A stretch of DNA of 64,000 bases from Podarcis pityusensis. Lineage: Eukaryota. Within the stretch, counting starts at the first letter, position 1; each line of letters opens with the position of its first letter. Position numbers and translations under genes: made by a program. The stretch lies in NCBI GenBank assembly GCA_964106645.2, contig OZ067043.1, one strand, 5' to 3'. Below are positions 12,050 to 24,489 of this stretch, piece after piece. Under the pieces are notes generated by a model that had not been told where the DNA came from, searched no databases, and saw only the letters and a program-made list of their open reading frames with translations.

Positions 12050-12850
12050 GGTTTTGCACGCATTTAGCAGTCTCCCTGTTTCCTTCGCCGACTTGCCGGA
12101 GGATTTGCTTGCGTAAAAGAATGTACCTTCCGTGCTTCTCTTCAAAACACAGACGTCCACTAAGGGGGCAGATTTTGGGGGAGACGCCGAGCGACGGGAG
12201 AGGAAGTGCTGCTTTGTGCCGGGGACGTTTCTAGCCCAGCGTGGGGATATGGGGAGTGAGCAGTTGCGTCTCGGGAATCGGGCTCCCGGTGTTGTTAGAG
12301 GAGGTGCTGAGGGAGATCGCATCAAGCCGAGTGGTATTTGCGGCGCGAAGAAGGAAGCGTGGTAGCAAAAGCAAAAGTCCCGAGTCCCAGACCGCTCTTT
12401 GCCGCCCCGTTGCCATGAGAACAGCTTCCTCCCCCTGAACTCTCACCCCGCGCAGGCCGCGGAGACGCCTGGTCACATGATCGGAGCTAACATGGCGGCG
12501 GCCGCTGTTATGGGGAGCTGATTGCAGGTGCCGGGGCCGTTGCCTGCATCCGCCCTCATCCCCGGCCATGCAGAGCGAGGGAAGGGAACCCGGTGGTCGA
12601 GAAGAGGTGCGAGCGGGGCGCGTCTGAGAGGCCGGAGCGTCTCTGGGGCCGGAGCCGCTAGGGCAGGAGATGGGGCTTGTTTACATCCGAACGGGGGTTG
12701 GGCCATCATCCCTGAGGTGGGAGGGGTCTGCTTATATCCATATCCATAAACTTGGAGGGTGCATTTTTTTCATTTAAGGACGAGGCATACCCTCCTCCCA
12801 TCTTCGGAGCCGTGCAGAACGGCTTTGTTTATCTAAGGATGACACGGGTC
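12050..12850 (+). promoter_or_regulatory. Intragenic CpG island, probable internal promoter of a short RNF220 isoform
   Basis: Abrupt GC/CpG-rich non-repeat block in a CpG-poor background. Motifs: ETS-like GAGGAAGTG (~12200), E2F-like GGCGCGAA (12342), RFX X-box-like GTTGCCATGAGAAC (12409-12422), E-box GGTCACATGA (12471), YY1-like AACATGGCGGC (12489). Candidate donor CAG|gtgccg at 12527/12528. Confidence 0.75.
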
Positions 12851-13372
12851 CCTGGAGGGGAAAGACCAGGAGGAGGTTGTTTATCTTTGGTATCTAGGAA
12901 CTAAGAGCAATACAGGTATACTTGCTCATTTGTAAGGAGATTAATTTATAGCTAAGCCAAAGCTAGACAGCATGCTGCAGGCTGCTTTTCCCCATACAGT
13001 AGTCTTGTAGGCTGAGGAATTAGGGAGTGGGGAAGTGGTATGGAACCTTGCAAGCAGTTGGGATGAACTACATTTAGGGTGCTGTGGATATCTATATTTG
13101 GACAACAGCCAAGTCAGAGGAAATGTGGGTGTATTTGTGTTTGAAGAAGTTATCTGGGGAAGATTAAATTGTGGTATTGGTTTGAATTGGTAAATATAGG
13201 CAACACCCAAAAGGGAAGTTTGTCAGGTAGATGAGAGTGCTGTGGTGGATTTTTCTAATCTAATTCCCCCATACACTCCCTAAGACTGCTTCTCAGAATG
13301 GGGTAAATAACTCTGTGGTTTTCTCACCAGCAAGTTCCTAATGCTTTTTTGCTCCTGATCTTCTCTTAACAG

Positions 13373-13415
13373 ACCTTCTTGCGAGTGAGGGCAAACAGAC
13401 AGACCCGGCTGAATG
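13373..13415 (+). CDS. RNF220: RNF220 coding exon (TFLRVRANRQTRLN), 43 nt, phase 0/1
   Basis: Acceptor ttctcttaacag, donor ATG|gtgagt. The peptide matches RNF220 and the phase joins both neighbouring exons. Confidence 0.96.
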
Positions 13416-16400
13416 GTGAGTGCAGCAGAAATCCTGTACCATTTTCCCCCTTGTTCCAAGATGAAGACTTTCATTATCTGGGCCTAACAAGTATAATGCT
13501 TCCTTTCTTTACAAGATTCCTGAACTAAATATGCCCCAAAGGGTTAAAGCTTCAAATCAATCATTTGTATTCCTAACACGTTTTGTTCCTCTCTGAACCC
13601 TGTCTTAAGTTGCTGCCCCTGGGTTACATTTATGTAGGCCTCCCAATGACATTGCTTTTCAGGCAGCTTGCAAACATAAAATATAATGCGGTAAAACAAC
13701 AATTGCAGGAAATTATTGTCAGCAAAGGTAAGAGAGAGAATCATTTACTCAGCATTATTAAAAACACACCATGTGGAAGCAGTAGATTACAGTTCAAAAC
13801 TTTAAATAATCACAGATCTGAAAATGCTTGGGATAATTATTTTTTTAAAGTATTTTACTTGGCATTGAAATGGCCATAAAGAGGTGGGAAGCAGGCCTCT
13901 CTGAGGAGGGCATGCCACAATTGGGGTACCACCACTTCTTGTTAAATGGCCTGGTTGATATTGCAAAGGAGAAATTATCAATTCCAAGTAGAAGAATTAT
14001 TTTACTGCTTGCCGTTTTAGAAATAATGATTTTCTTATGGGTGTAATGAGATTAGTCTTTTTTCCCCAATGGCATTGTTTTCACTTGCTTACCTGCTATA
14101 ATCTTCAGCTGTCAACAATACCTGCTTACAGCTAAAAAATACATACAACTATAATTCCTGTTTGTTTCATTTATTACAACTTTTTTTTAATTCCACCTTT
14201 CTTTCAACACCCTCCCCCAATGCTGTTTTGAAACAATGTGCAGGATAAATGCCTTTAATATCTCACCTGGTTATATGGACCTGATACCTCAGTAATTTGC
14301 AACTTGGAGCTGAACCTAGTACTACTGTGTATGTAATAGCAGATTCCATAATTTTTGGTCTTAGGATAGACCTGCCTTCAGAGAAGTAATTAATTCAAGA
14401 TGTATTTTGTAATTTTTATCCAATAGTACGTAAAACACAGTGTATTGTCACTAAGTAGGAATAATTTTTCAAACATTTTATATAGTGACCCTTTATTTTA
14501 ATTGATTCTACTTCCACTGCCAGTGAACAGAAAAACATGTACTTTTATCATCTTTAATTTGGTCAAGAGTAAAGATTATGAAAATTCATCCCTGAGAAGT
14601 TAAGAGCAACTTTAAATTATCCTGACAGTGCAAGAGGAAATTTTCCTTGAATTCTTGAATGCCAGCAATATTCAGAGCTGTAACATACTATGTTGGATAA
14701 AAGGAGAGAGCTCTTGAATTAATGAGGACTGTGCACTATGTAGTGAATACACGTGATCTGACTTTCACATACAACTACAATATATTTCTGCTACTGAATA
14801 ATTCTAGGATATGATTAATGAATACAATTGCAGTATTCTATTGATCATCTTGCAAACATTTCCTTAGGACACTTGGAGCTATTACTGGAAATGATTATAG
14901 CAGAAATGCTAATATTTTTCAAAAGAACATGATCATTTTTGAAAGCAGACCTAGGTTTTGCCAAATATATTGTATGTTGGCTGTATTTGGACATAATGCT
15001 AAACCAGCATTCCCCAACTGGTTGCCTCCAAATGCTTTCAACTTCATTTCCCATCTTCCCCAACCACTGAGCACGCTGGCTGGGGTTAATGGGAGTTGGC
15101 ATTCAAAGAATCTGGTGAGCATCAGATTGGAGAAGGCTGTGCTAAACCATGGTCTTGCATTATAAGAACAAACCTCAGTAAACCTTGGGCCAGTATACCC
15201 AACCCTCCCCTCTGGCTTGGCTATAACAGGAAGATCATCACCAGTTTAACATGTTGTGTAAACCATAAGCTGTCATTAGTTTTAACTGTGGTTGGCTTAA
15301 ATAAATTATCATCACAGACGTATGATATGAAGTTGTCTTGTTTCCACTAACTATAGTTTGACCTAGTTCAGAGGACACAGCAATCTGCAATGCATCTAAA
15401 ACCAGCATTGAAAGTTTCCAAACTCTTCTGCATGGCTGTGGTAGTGATAGGGGCATGAGTCCTGGGCAACCTGTTGTTCGTTCTCACAATGCTAAAGTGT
15501 GGTTTAATATTGCATCTAAACCATTTCATTGTTTCTGTGTTAGATCATTGTGAGTGTTTGGTGTCCCATCATAAACACATCACTTGCTCTTCTTCCTCAT
15601 TATCTTTACTAACTGCTGTGTTGTGTTAATTGTATATCTTGTGGTATTTGAAGAACAGCTAAAGTTATAGGATAGTTGGGAGTCTAAAATCAGCAAGGAA
15701 AAGACTGGAGCTTGGGTCTTAAGTCCTACAGTGCTTTGATTTTGCTTTGATTTGTTAAGTCACATAACATACAAGATTCACATTCCTCTTTCAGTCCCCC
15801 ACCCCACCTTTTCTATATACCTGAACACCATTACAGTTTCATTCTTTGGAATACTGTTATTAGCAAGCAGAACTAGCCCAGCCATAAGATTAAGTAACAA
15901 TAATGATTATCTGCCTAGGATTAGCAATATATGAGTAGTTCACAATCCTTCAGTTGGAGATTGCTTTACACTTGCTAAACAACTTAATCAACTCTTGTAT
16001 TTTTGTTCATCCTTCCTTCAGGTTATTTTTAGTCTAGATTGGCACTTTCTGTAGACATAGGCAGTTCATTTATCTTTTTACTTTGGGGTTCCACTGAACT
16101 CTCGGGATAGAAATCTGTCATTGAGACTGTATTTTGCCACACCACTGTTTCCAAAGTCTCTCTCTCTTTGTAGTCTTTTACAAGGACTTGGTCAAGATGT
16201 CTTTGAAGATCCAGGTGTGGTAAAATTCTCTTTGCAGATTCTCCCCTTCAACCAACTCATTTTTTTGGAAAATCAGTAACACTTCCAGCAACACAGAGGT
16301 TATTGTAAAGAGACTAGAAATCAACTGATCTCTGCCGAGTGGAGGAAGTGAGTAGATTAGCTTGCTGTTCCTACCTCTATACTTTATGTGAATGGGCTAA

Positions 16401-16439
16401 TGTCTGTACCTTGGAGAGTGCTGTTGCAAACTCATTCCC

Positions 16440-16515
16440 ATGGAGACACTATAGAACAGAGTATTGGATTAGATGGGCTTTTGGCCTGATCCAGAGGCGG
16501 ACTGTTATTATGGTT
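16440..16515 (+). mobile_element. CR1 LINE 3'-tail fragment
   Basis: ttggattagatgggcttttggcctgatccag matches the CR1 tail at ~24810-24860. Confidence 0.5.
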
Positions 16516-16564
16516 TCAGCTGATGGTCTAAAGCTGATGGAATGCACTCTGCGTCACTGAAGTC

Positions 16565-17230
16565 ACCTGAGCCTCAAGGGACAGCAAAGGATCCAGAAGC
16601 ACCACCAAGATGTATCCACTCCTTGAGAGGGAGTATAACCCCATCAGGAGCAGGCAGCTTCTCTTTCATCTAGTCTAAGGAACTACCCACTAACAATGCC
16701 TTTGCCTTATCTGGATTGAGGTTCAGTTTATTGGCTCTCACCCAATCCATTGCCGAGGCAAGACAACAGTCCAGCACATCCACTACCACACCTGCAGATA
16801 TAAAGGAGCAGCAGAGCTGTAAGTCATCATCAGATTGCTGATAATGTACTTCAAAACTCTGGATAACCCCAGTCAGCAGTTTCATGCAGATGTTAAAAAG
16901 CATAGGGGATAAAATTGAACCCTGAGGAACCGCACACTGAGGGCTCCACATTGCTAAAGAGCATCTCCCAAGCATCACCCTCTGGAAACAACCATCCAAG
17001 TAGGACCAGAACCATCACAAATTGGTGCTGCCCACCCCTATCTCGGACAGCTGCTCTAAAAGGAGATTCTTTGTGATGGTATCGAAAGAAGCTGAGAGAT
17101 CAAGGAGAATTAACAGGAACACATTTGCCCTGCTTTTTTCCTGACAGAGATAATCATACAGAGTGGCCATAGCAGTTTCTGTGCCAAAACTAGGCCTAAC
17201 CACCATTTGAAATGGATCTAGAAAATCAGG
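16565..17230 (-). mobile_element. L2-type LINE reverse transcriptase fragment (decayed)
   Basis: Minus-strand ORFs give RT motifs LILLDLSASFDTI, VPQGSILSPMLFN, QQSDDDLQL (degenerate YADD) and WVRANKLNLNPDK, with frameshifts. Confidence 0.9.
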
Positions 17231-19124
17231 TGAATAGAAGGCTTTGCCTGTACTAGATATTGCATAAGATAAAACTTACTTTTATGTTTCTTTTGTTTGT
17301 TTCTACTCTGTGTTCCATGACTTGGTCAAAGGCCTTAGAAGGTCCTTTATGAGAAGCCATGTTAGAAGAGTGCTAGTTTTTTTGGTGGGTTTTTTTAAAA
17401 AGTGGGATGCAAATCTACGCAGATCACAATAGCTGACTCTCTTCATTTTCCTGTGCCTCAAATAATTTAGCAAATAGTGATAGCTGCAAAGGGTGCACCA
17501 CCTCTTTATTAGCAGAATTAGAGGTGTTGGAAAGATACGTCTTTGAAAAATCTTTGACCTTGATATTGCTTCCCACTTAGAGTAGTTGTATGCAAAGATG
17601 GCGGTGGTAAATTACACACATCAAGGGGTGCAACAGCAGATCTTTAAGGATGGGCAGCTTCACATGAGACAGTCCTTCATGTAGCTTGGTTTCAAGCCGT
17701 TTAGAGTTTTATAGGTAACAACCAGCACTTTGAATTATGTTCTGAAATGGATTGGAAATTAATGTTGCTGATGGAATAAAAGGTTCACATGATCCCATCA
17801 CTTTGAAGTGATGAAGAACCAATGTGATCATTCCTCAAATACAATCATGCACACTCTACCAAACATAGGACCTTCATTTTTACTTCATGAAAATAAACTC
17901 TAGTTTGCCCAGTAACTCTCAAACCTTGCTTCAAGCTGTCAGTCATGAACATTTCAGTTTGTTTTTGTGTTTGACTTGGACCAATCCCACCTGTTCTGAA
18001 GCAGAACAGAACAATGCTGGAAAGAAAAAAAGACAATTTTTGTCCAGTGCTCAGATCCCTATATTCCCATAATTATTCACATAAATTGTCATGGCTATTT
18101 GTCACTAAAAAAAAAATTCTTATAGACTCTTAAAAAACAACAACCTCTAGAGTTAAAAAGAAAAGAAAGAATGGAAGAAAGTATGCAAAATGTATATAAT
18201 GTGAGAGAAAAATGCAAGGTCTAGTTATAAGAATGCCCAAATAATGTAAATATCACTCTATTAATTAGTTGTAAAGTAACATGTTTTAGTGGTCACATTT
18301 GCACCAAGTTTTAGAAAATATATGAAGAACTATTAATGAAGAAAAAGATACTAAAATTAAATATTTGGCATTTTTAAATGATTAAATTAAAAAATTGGCA
18401 TTTTAAATTATTTAAATCAATTCACTCTGACTAAAGTAGGTCTTAATATCCAGAAATCCTAATGCATCTCACAACAAACTGTTCAGGTACCTTGTTAGAC
18501 CTCATATCAGCACTGTACTTGGGACATGCATGCAGTCTTGTCCAGCACAAGAAACTGAAATGGAGAGGACTTGAACCAGTAATGATTGGCAAGCGGTCAG
18601 GACTGAGTGAGGAATCTGCCGGCATTGCCTCTTTAGCAGCAGCAGGCTGATGGAATCTACTCTAGAAGCTTCAGGATGAATAAATGGATAGACGAAACAA
18701 GTTAGGGGGTTGGAAATGATATTGACTGGGCCTCTTTAGCACAACTGGGTCCCTAGGATAGATGGGGTGCAGAGTTCAAGCTTGGGTTTTTGTGCATAAA
18801 TGGCAGACAAAACATAGATCAAGCATATACAAGATAGGTATGTAAGAGAACTCAGTATGAATTCCATGCTTCCACCCAGCAGCTGAGCTCAGCTTCAGAA
18901 GAGTTCCAGGGATCTGCTGCACAGTACACATGGAGGCATGGCAAGATAAAGGCAGGGGATTTGTGAGAAAATGAAGCAGAATAAAAAAAGACTTCAGAAA
19001 AGGAGGAGTGCTCCCATGCCCAGTAAGAATCATGAGAAGCCTACTTGTTTCCTAGAAAGACCTGTCAATCAGGAGCATAACACATGATAAACTCCCTTAA
19101 TAGAGCAAGAAAACAAGAGCCTGA

Positions 19125-19163
19125 TAAACATGTCAGTAACATAAAACATGTCAGTAACATAAA
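19125..19163. repeat. 18-bp tandem duplication
   Basis: aaacatgtcagtaacata occurs twice in tandem. Confidence 0.85.
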
Positions 19164-19194
19164 AGATCGAACTAAGCATTAGTTCTTCTATCTA

Positions 19195-19468
19195 TGAGAG
19201 CCAGTGTGCTATAGTGGTTAAGAGTGGTGGACTCGTAATCTGGGGGACCGGGTTCGAGTCTCCGCTCCTCCACATGCAGCTGCTGGATGACCTTGGGCTA
19301 GTCACACTTCTCTGAAGTCGCTCAGCCCCACTCACCTCACAGAGTGTTTGTTGTGGGGGAGGAAGGGAAAGGAGAATGTTAGTCACTTTGAGACTCCTTC
19401 AGGTAGTGATAAAGCAGGATATCAAATCCAAACTCCTCCTCCTCCTCCTCCTCCTCCTCCTCCTTCTT
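19195..19468 (+). mobile_element. tRNA-derived SINE (Squam3-like) with (TCC)n/(TTC)n tail
   Basis: A-box-like tgtgctatagtgg, B-box ggttcgagtc, ~240-bp body and a trinucleotide tail. Confidence 0.85.
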
Positions 19469-19469
19469 C

Positions 19470-19870
19470 ATCTGCAATACGCCAAGGACCACCTCTCTCC
19501 ATATGAACTTACTTGGACCCTGAGATCATTTTCTGAGGCCCTTCTTCATGTACCTCCTCCACAAGAGGTCTGAAGGGTGGCAACACGAGAATGGGCCTTT
19601 TCCGCAGTGGCTCCCCATTTGTGGAATGCTTTCCTCAGGCTGGCACCTTCATTATACACTTTTAGGAGCCAGGTGAAAATGTCCCTCTTTAACCAGGCCT
19701 TTGGCTGAGTGACATCTGATGCTCTTTAAAAGTATGTTTTGGAAGTGGGGATTATTGAGGAGTTTGTGTTTTTATTATGTATTTTGTGTCTTTTATGTTG
19801 TGATTTTATGTTGTGAACTGCCCTGAGATCTACAGGTATAGGGTGGTATACATTTTATAAATAAATAAAT
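19470..19870 (+). mobile_element. L2 LINE 3' end
   Basis: gggccttttccgcagtggctccccatttgtggaatgct (ORF2 C-terminal RAFS.A.P.LWN-like), then T-rich 3' UTR, gtgaactgccctgag...gggtggtata and a (TAAA)n tail. Confidence 0.75.
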
Positions 19871-22800
19871 TGGATCAACAAAATAGAGGCTGTCACAGAT
19901 GAGTGCTCAATGTGGAAGGGCAGGTCTCCCCCTGTATTTTAGGGTCCAGGCATAACAGTGCAGCTGAAGTAACTTTCTGCTGCAAGTCAAGGGCCAAATC
20001 AGTGTAGTCCAGGGTGAGCCACGGCCATAATGAAGAGGGAAATTTGGCAAGATAGATTGCTTGACGTTATGGACACGCTGGTGCACTGGCATCATTACTG
20101 TAATATAAGTGGCCTCCTTGCATCCTGGGTGAGAACTGGAATAAAGAAGCTTTTTTTAAGAAGAGATCCGTACTTAAATGAGGGACATTTAAGTGAAAGT
20201 CTTTTTTTCATGCTGTTTTATATTCAGATTTTTTTTTATAAAAAAAAAAAGCCCTGTGACTTAAGGGTAAGGAAAAATCAACCCAGCCCCCCTCTTTGCT
20301 CCTGCGACAGGAATACAGGGGAGAAGGATTAGCGAGCTAATTAGAAATGATTGCATCTATCAGCACTAATTAACAATACTGTGGTCTCACTTGTGTGTTC
20401 TTTTGAGCTGTTCTCCTTCGGGACAGCTCAGCAGTTGCCCCCCTTCCTCTGGGGCTCCTCCATCCCTCCTACGTTGATTAGAAGTGATAGTTGAGCTCTA
20501 TAGTAGCAATTGGAAATTCTGTTCAGTGGCTTTCAAACAGCCCCCCGTTTTTTCTCTCTCACACTCCAGATCCACCTCTGCCTGTATCAAGCTACTGCAA
20601 AAGGTGTTGGAACAGAAACTTTTTGTTAGCTCTTCTTCACTCCATTTACACTTTTGTTCATGCTGCTCTTACTTTGTGAGCAAAGCAATTTTTCTTTGCC
20701 CAGTGTCTCATGGGTCTCTAAGGTGGACTGTGTTGCTTAGAGCCCCTAATGCTCTTATTTGCTGGATGCTGTTGAAAAGTTTGCCAGCTGAGGCACAAAA
20801 ATCCTTTGCATTAGTACTGTGTGTGTCATGATAGCACACAAGCAATGATGGCAGAAAAATCTGCTGACGTATAACCGGTTCAAAAAGATTTAGGATCAGT
20901 ATAATGACAGGTCTAAAAGTTTTGCAAGGGCACTTAAAATTCAAGTTTAGTTTTTCATTAAGTGGACTTTTAAGTTTATAGAAATGATTATTCATGGACC
21001 CTGAGTTTTTATGAAGTGGTTTTCAAGTTCCGTTTCCGTTATTCTCACACCAGACTTATGGAATAAGTTACATTATGTCCATAGGGTTTGCAGTAAAATG
21101 TTTTACAAATCATGCCACTGGGAGTCAACAGGGAATGTTGCCCCAGCTGCTCCTTGAGGGCAATGAGAAATATTTCTGAAATCCAGCTGGTTCGAACCAT
21201 GCCTCATACATATTGAGGATCTGAGCGAGTATGACATCGGAGGGGAGTCATTATTGGCTCTGGATTTAGTAGTTGAGACCCACAAATGCAAGTCAGGTGG
21301 GTAAGACATACAGATTTAGGACAGATTTGCAAATCATATTCCTTGGGTGAATTAGGATTACCTTCACTTGCCAAAGTGAGAGAGCCCTGTGTGCAGCTTC
21401 TTGTGGGAGGGCTCTTGCTTCCACCTTGGAGAAAATGGGAAAGAAAAGTCCAAGAAAGCAACCTCTCTAACAGAGACCTGCTGAAAATGGAGCTGCAGTC
21501 TGGAGATAGTGCCTGAAACTGTTTCCTCTTCCTCGTTTCCCAGAAGTGTGAGAGAAATAGTTAGGTGTGCCCCATCCAGAATGGACTATCTCTCTTCAGA
21601 AGGCTGCATCAACTCTTCTCATTCCTGTACTCATTCCCACATACCAGAAAGGAGCTTTGTTATTCTAAACACAGTGTGCCAGCTGTTTAGACTTGCCCTC
21701 TTTTGTCTCCCTTTCCCTGCTGGAGAAGGGGGGACAGAAACTTTGAGTCCTCTTAGCTCCACTTCAAGTGTGATGGAGTTGGCTTTTTTGTTTCTTGAGA
21801 GAGTGTTTTAGTTCTAAGTATAGGAGGGAGAAAGTGGGCAGGTGCCCGTTAGCACTACACTGTATAAACAGCCTAGTGATAATGGTAGCTGCACCTCTCT
21901 GCCCTGTGTTCTTCAGGTGGGGAGAGGAGCTCTAGAGTAGCTGGAGTGAGGATAGTGGGGATGGCTCAGGCAAATGGATTGCAGGTGGATGTCTGATCCT
22001 CCTCTGCGGATTAAATAGCCTGTGTTGCCAGCCCAAAGTGCTTGAATTTGCTTATATGTTAACTCCAGAGAAAAAGGCCCCAAACAGAAAAAAAATTAAT
22101 ACCTTTATTGAGTCAACATTGGTCTGGTTAAAAGCTTTTGCTGGGTTCCTGTATTGCCTCCTTGGATTATGACTAAAAGCCTACCCTGCTTATGGCATTT
22201 GTCTTACTTTCCAGTGCCTCCCTTAATTTAGTTTTTGGGTCCTTTCTTCCCACTTGGTGTGTGCAGCATCTCGTTCTCGCAGTGCAGTTGCAATACATTA
22301 CAATTTCTGCAGCAAACTGGCAGGCTCATAATGTCAATAATTGTTACTGCATTAAGTGACTTCTCTGTCATGTCATCTCTTGTTACTACACAGAATATCC
22401 TTGGGCTCTTATTTTGGTCTCTGTCAGAATTCTGACCTTCCTTATTAAGTTGTTCATTTCCCCTGTCTGTGATTGAAATATCTGATAATATTTGCTTAAA
22501 GCCATCTCTCTTAATGATCAGTGTTGTTTTAATGCAAATTTTTCAGATGTTTTGTCCACATTTAATGAGGGTTCAAATTAATCAGCAGTTTGGTAAAGGA
22601 AAAAGTTCACCAGAGGGGCATGTCTCTTGAGCCTACAATAGAATTTTCTCCCCAAAAAGCAAACTTCAAGCTCCATAATTGGAATTACTTGTATATATTC
22701 TGCATTGCTTCTGCTTGTAGTCATTTTGGGATGAGATGTAGGAGATTAGGGATAGAATCTGAAATTGTAGGATTGAGCAAAGAGTACAAATAGGGATAGA

Positions 22801-24001
22801 GGGACATGGTGCTGTTCTAAGTGAAATCTTCTGAGCACAATTAAGTCCAGTATAGTCCTGCTGTGATTTCTAAATATTTACTGGAAACTGCCTGTGTGTG
22901 TTTGGGTCTTTTCTCTATATTTCAAAGCCTGCTTACCTTTTAAGCAGAAGCTCTCTTTCATAATTATAGAAATCATTTTGACGGAAACCCTTCTTTCTGA
23001 CATCTTCACAGCTGTGCAGATTACTAGGCTCTTGGGGCTTCCCATTTATACTGATTGGTGTCTTTTCTTAGAGCAAGCTTCAGGTAGTCATGTTAGTCTG
23101 CAGAAGTGTTTTGTGGCATCTTTTATAGCAGTTTGAAAACTGTTCTCTAGTCAGTATATTGTAAAACACAACTATTGAATAAGTCTGATTAGGAACAACG
23201 GAGGCAAAAATAAAATTGATGACTTATCCTAGGGTGGATTCAGGAGGCGAATAGGACCCAACTAGTATCTTCATCCTGACAGTGTGGGTTTTGTATTTGC
23301 AGGAGATGCTGAACATGAAAATAGTGGTTCTTAGGCTTTCCCAGGGGAGGAACAGTATTATAAAGATAATGGAATCAGATATGCCCTTTTGAGGGCAAGG
23401 CACTTGGTTTGTGTTTGACTTAATTTCTACTGTGCCGTGAGGATGGTCGCTGTTTTTGTTCACTAGGGGGGCATTTGGTTAAATTCATTAAAGGTTCTGT
23501 AACTGCACAAGATGAAACTTGAGCACAGCTTCTCAAGATGAAGCAGGTGGAGTGTGGTGGGGAGGAAACCACTGAGGCTCGGTGGAGGAAAGAGCAAATG
23601 TTTGCCTTGAAACCTTGCATCTATATCACACTCACTCTTTGTAGCTTTCAGTTATTCATATTGTTTAATACCTACAAAGCACCTGCAGTTTTAAAGTTCC
23701 CTATATATCTTAAATTAAGCTCACAGATTCACAGTCTTAATAGACATAATACAAAAGAAAAAAAGAAGGGAGAAGCAAGTGAGCATTGGAGCAGCAGGTC
23801 CTTTATTGGCCAATGGATGGGGCCAGGTTGGTCTCCCCATTGCCAGTGTTCTTTCTGAAAGGCATGAGATGAAGCCTCACAGGGGCTCTAGGCTTCCTGG
23901 CTGACATCAGAAACTAGTATGTTCTTCCCTTTGGTTCCTCAGTCACCGGGCAACTATATAACCCATTGTGTTTTTCTTTTCTCTCTGCTTTCCTCGCATA
24001 G

Positions 24002-24123
24002 CTCGGATTGGAAAAATGAAACGGAGGAAGCAAGACGAAGGACAGGTATGTCCCCTCTGCAGCCAACCTCTCTCAGGATCCGAGGAGGAGAGGAGTAGGC
24101 ATGTCGAACAATGCCTTGCAAAG
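24002..24123 (+). CDS. RNF220: RNF220 coding exon ARIGKMKRRKQDEGQ (short form ends 24045) with optional in-frame extension VCPLCSQPLSGSEEERSRHVEQCLAK (long form ends 24123)
   Basis: Long pyrimidine tract plus catag acceptor. Two phase-0 donors: CAG|gtatgt (24046) and AAG|gtagaa (24124). Contains the basic KMKRRK stretch. Confidence 0.95.
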
Positions 24124-24489
24124 GTAGAAGCACTGAGGGAACCCTACTGCCTCTCTCTCATTTCTTCCTACCCTCTGCTACTCCTGTGATCTGGGTAGAA
24201 ACCAAATTTGCAGATTGAAGTGCACATGGCCATGTAGATCTGTACTTGAGTTCTATCTTGAAGTTTGGAGTTCTGTCTTGAAGTCTGGATTTGGCAATCT
24301 CATTACTCTAAAGACAGTTTTCCTAACCTTTCAAATGAGAAGGGATAGCAGGTGCTATTTTTGACTGTTAACTAGGAGACCGCCTGGCTTACTGCTAGAC
24401 TTTGGTTATATCAGACAACTGTGGTTTAACCAAAATCCAGTAAAGCTCAGAGATGGACATAGATTGGAGAGAAGATGGTTATCAGAAAG

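Noticed and set aside
11918-12749. Several 65-135-aa ORFs on both strands
   Set aside because: A by-product of high GC content in the CpG island, with no recognisable protein.
13360-13372. CTTAAC just before an acceptor, resembling a U12 branch point
   Set aside because: It abuts the AG with no 10-20-nt spacing, and the upstream donors (gtgaga, gtgccg) are U2-type.
19195-19275. tRNA-like sequence (also at 62718-62790)
   Set aside because: These are SINE heads followed by SINE body and tail, without an intact cloverleaf.
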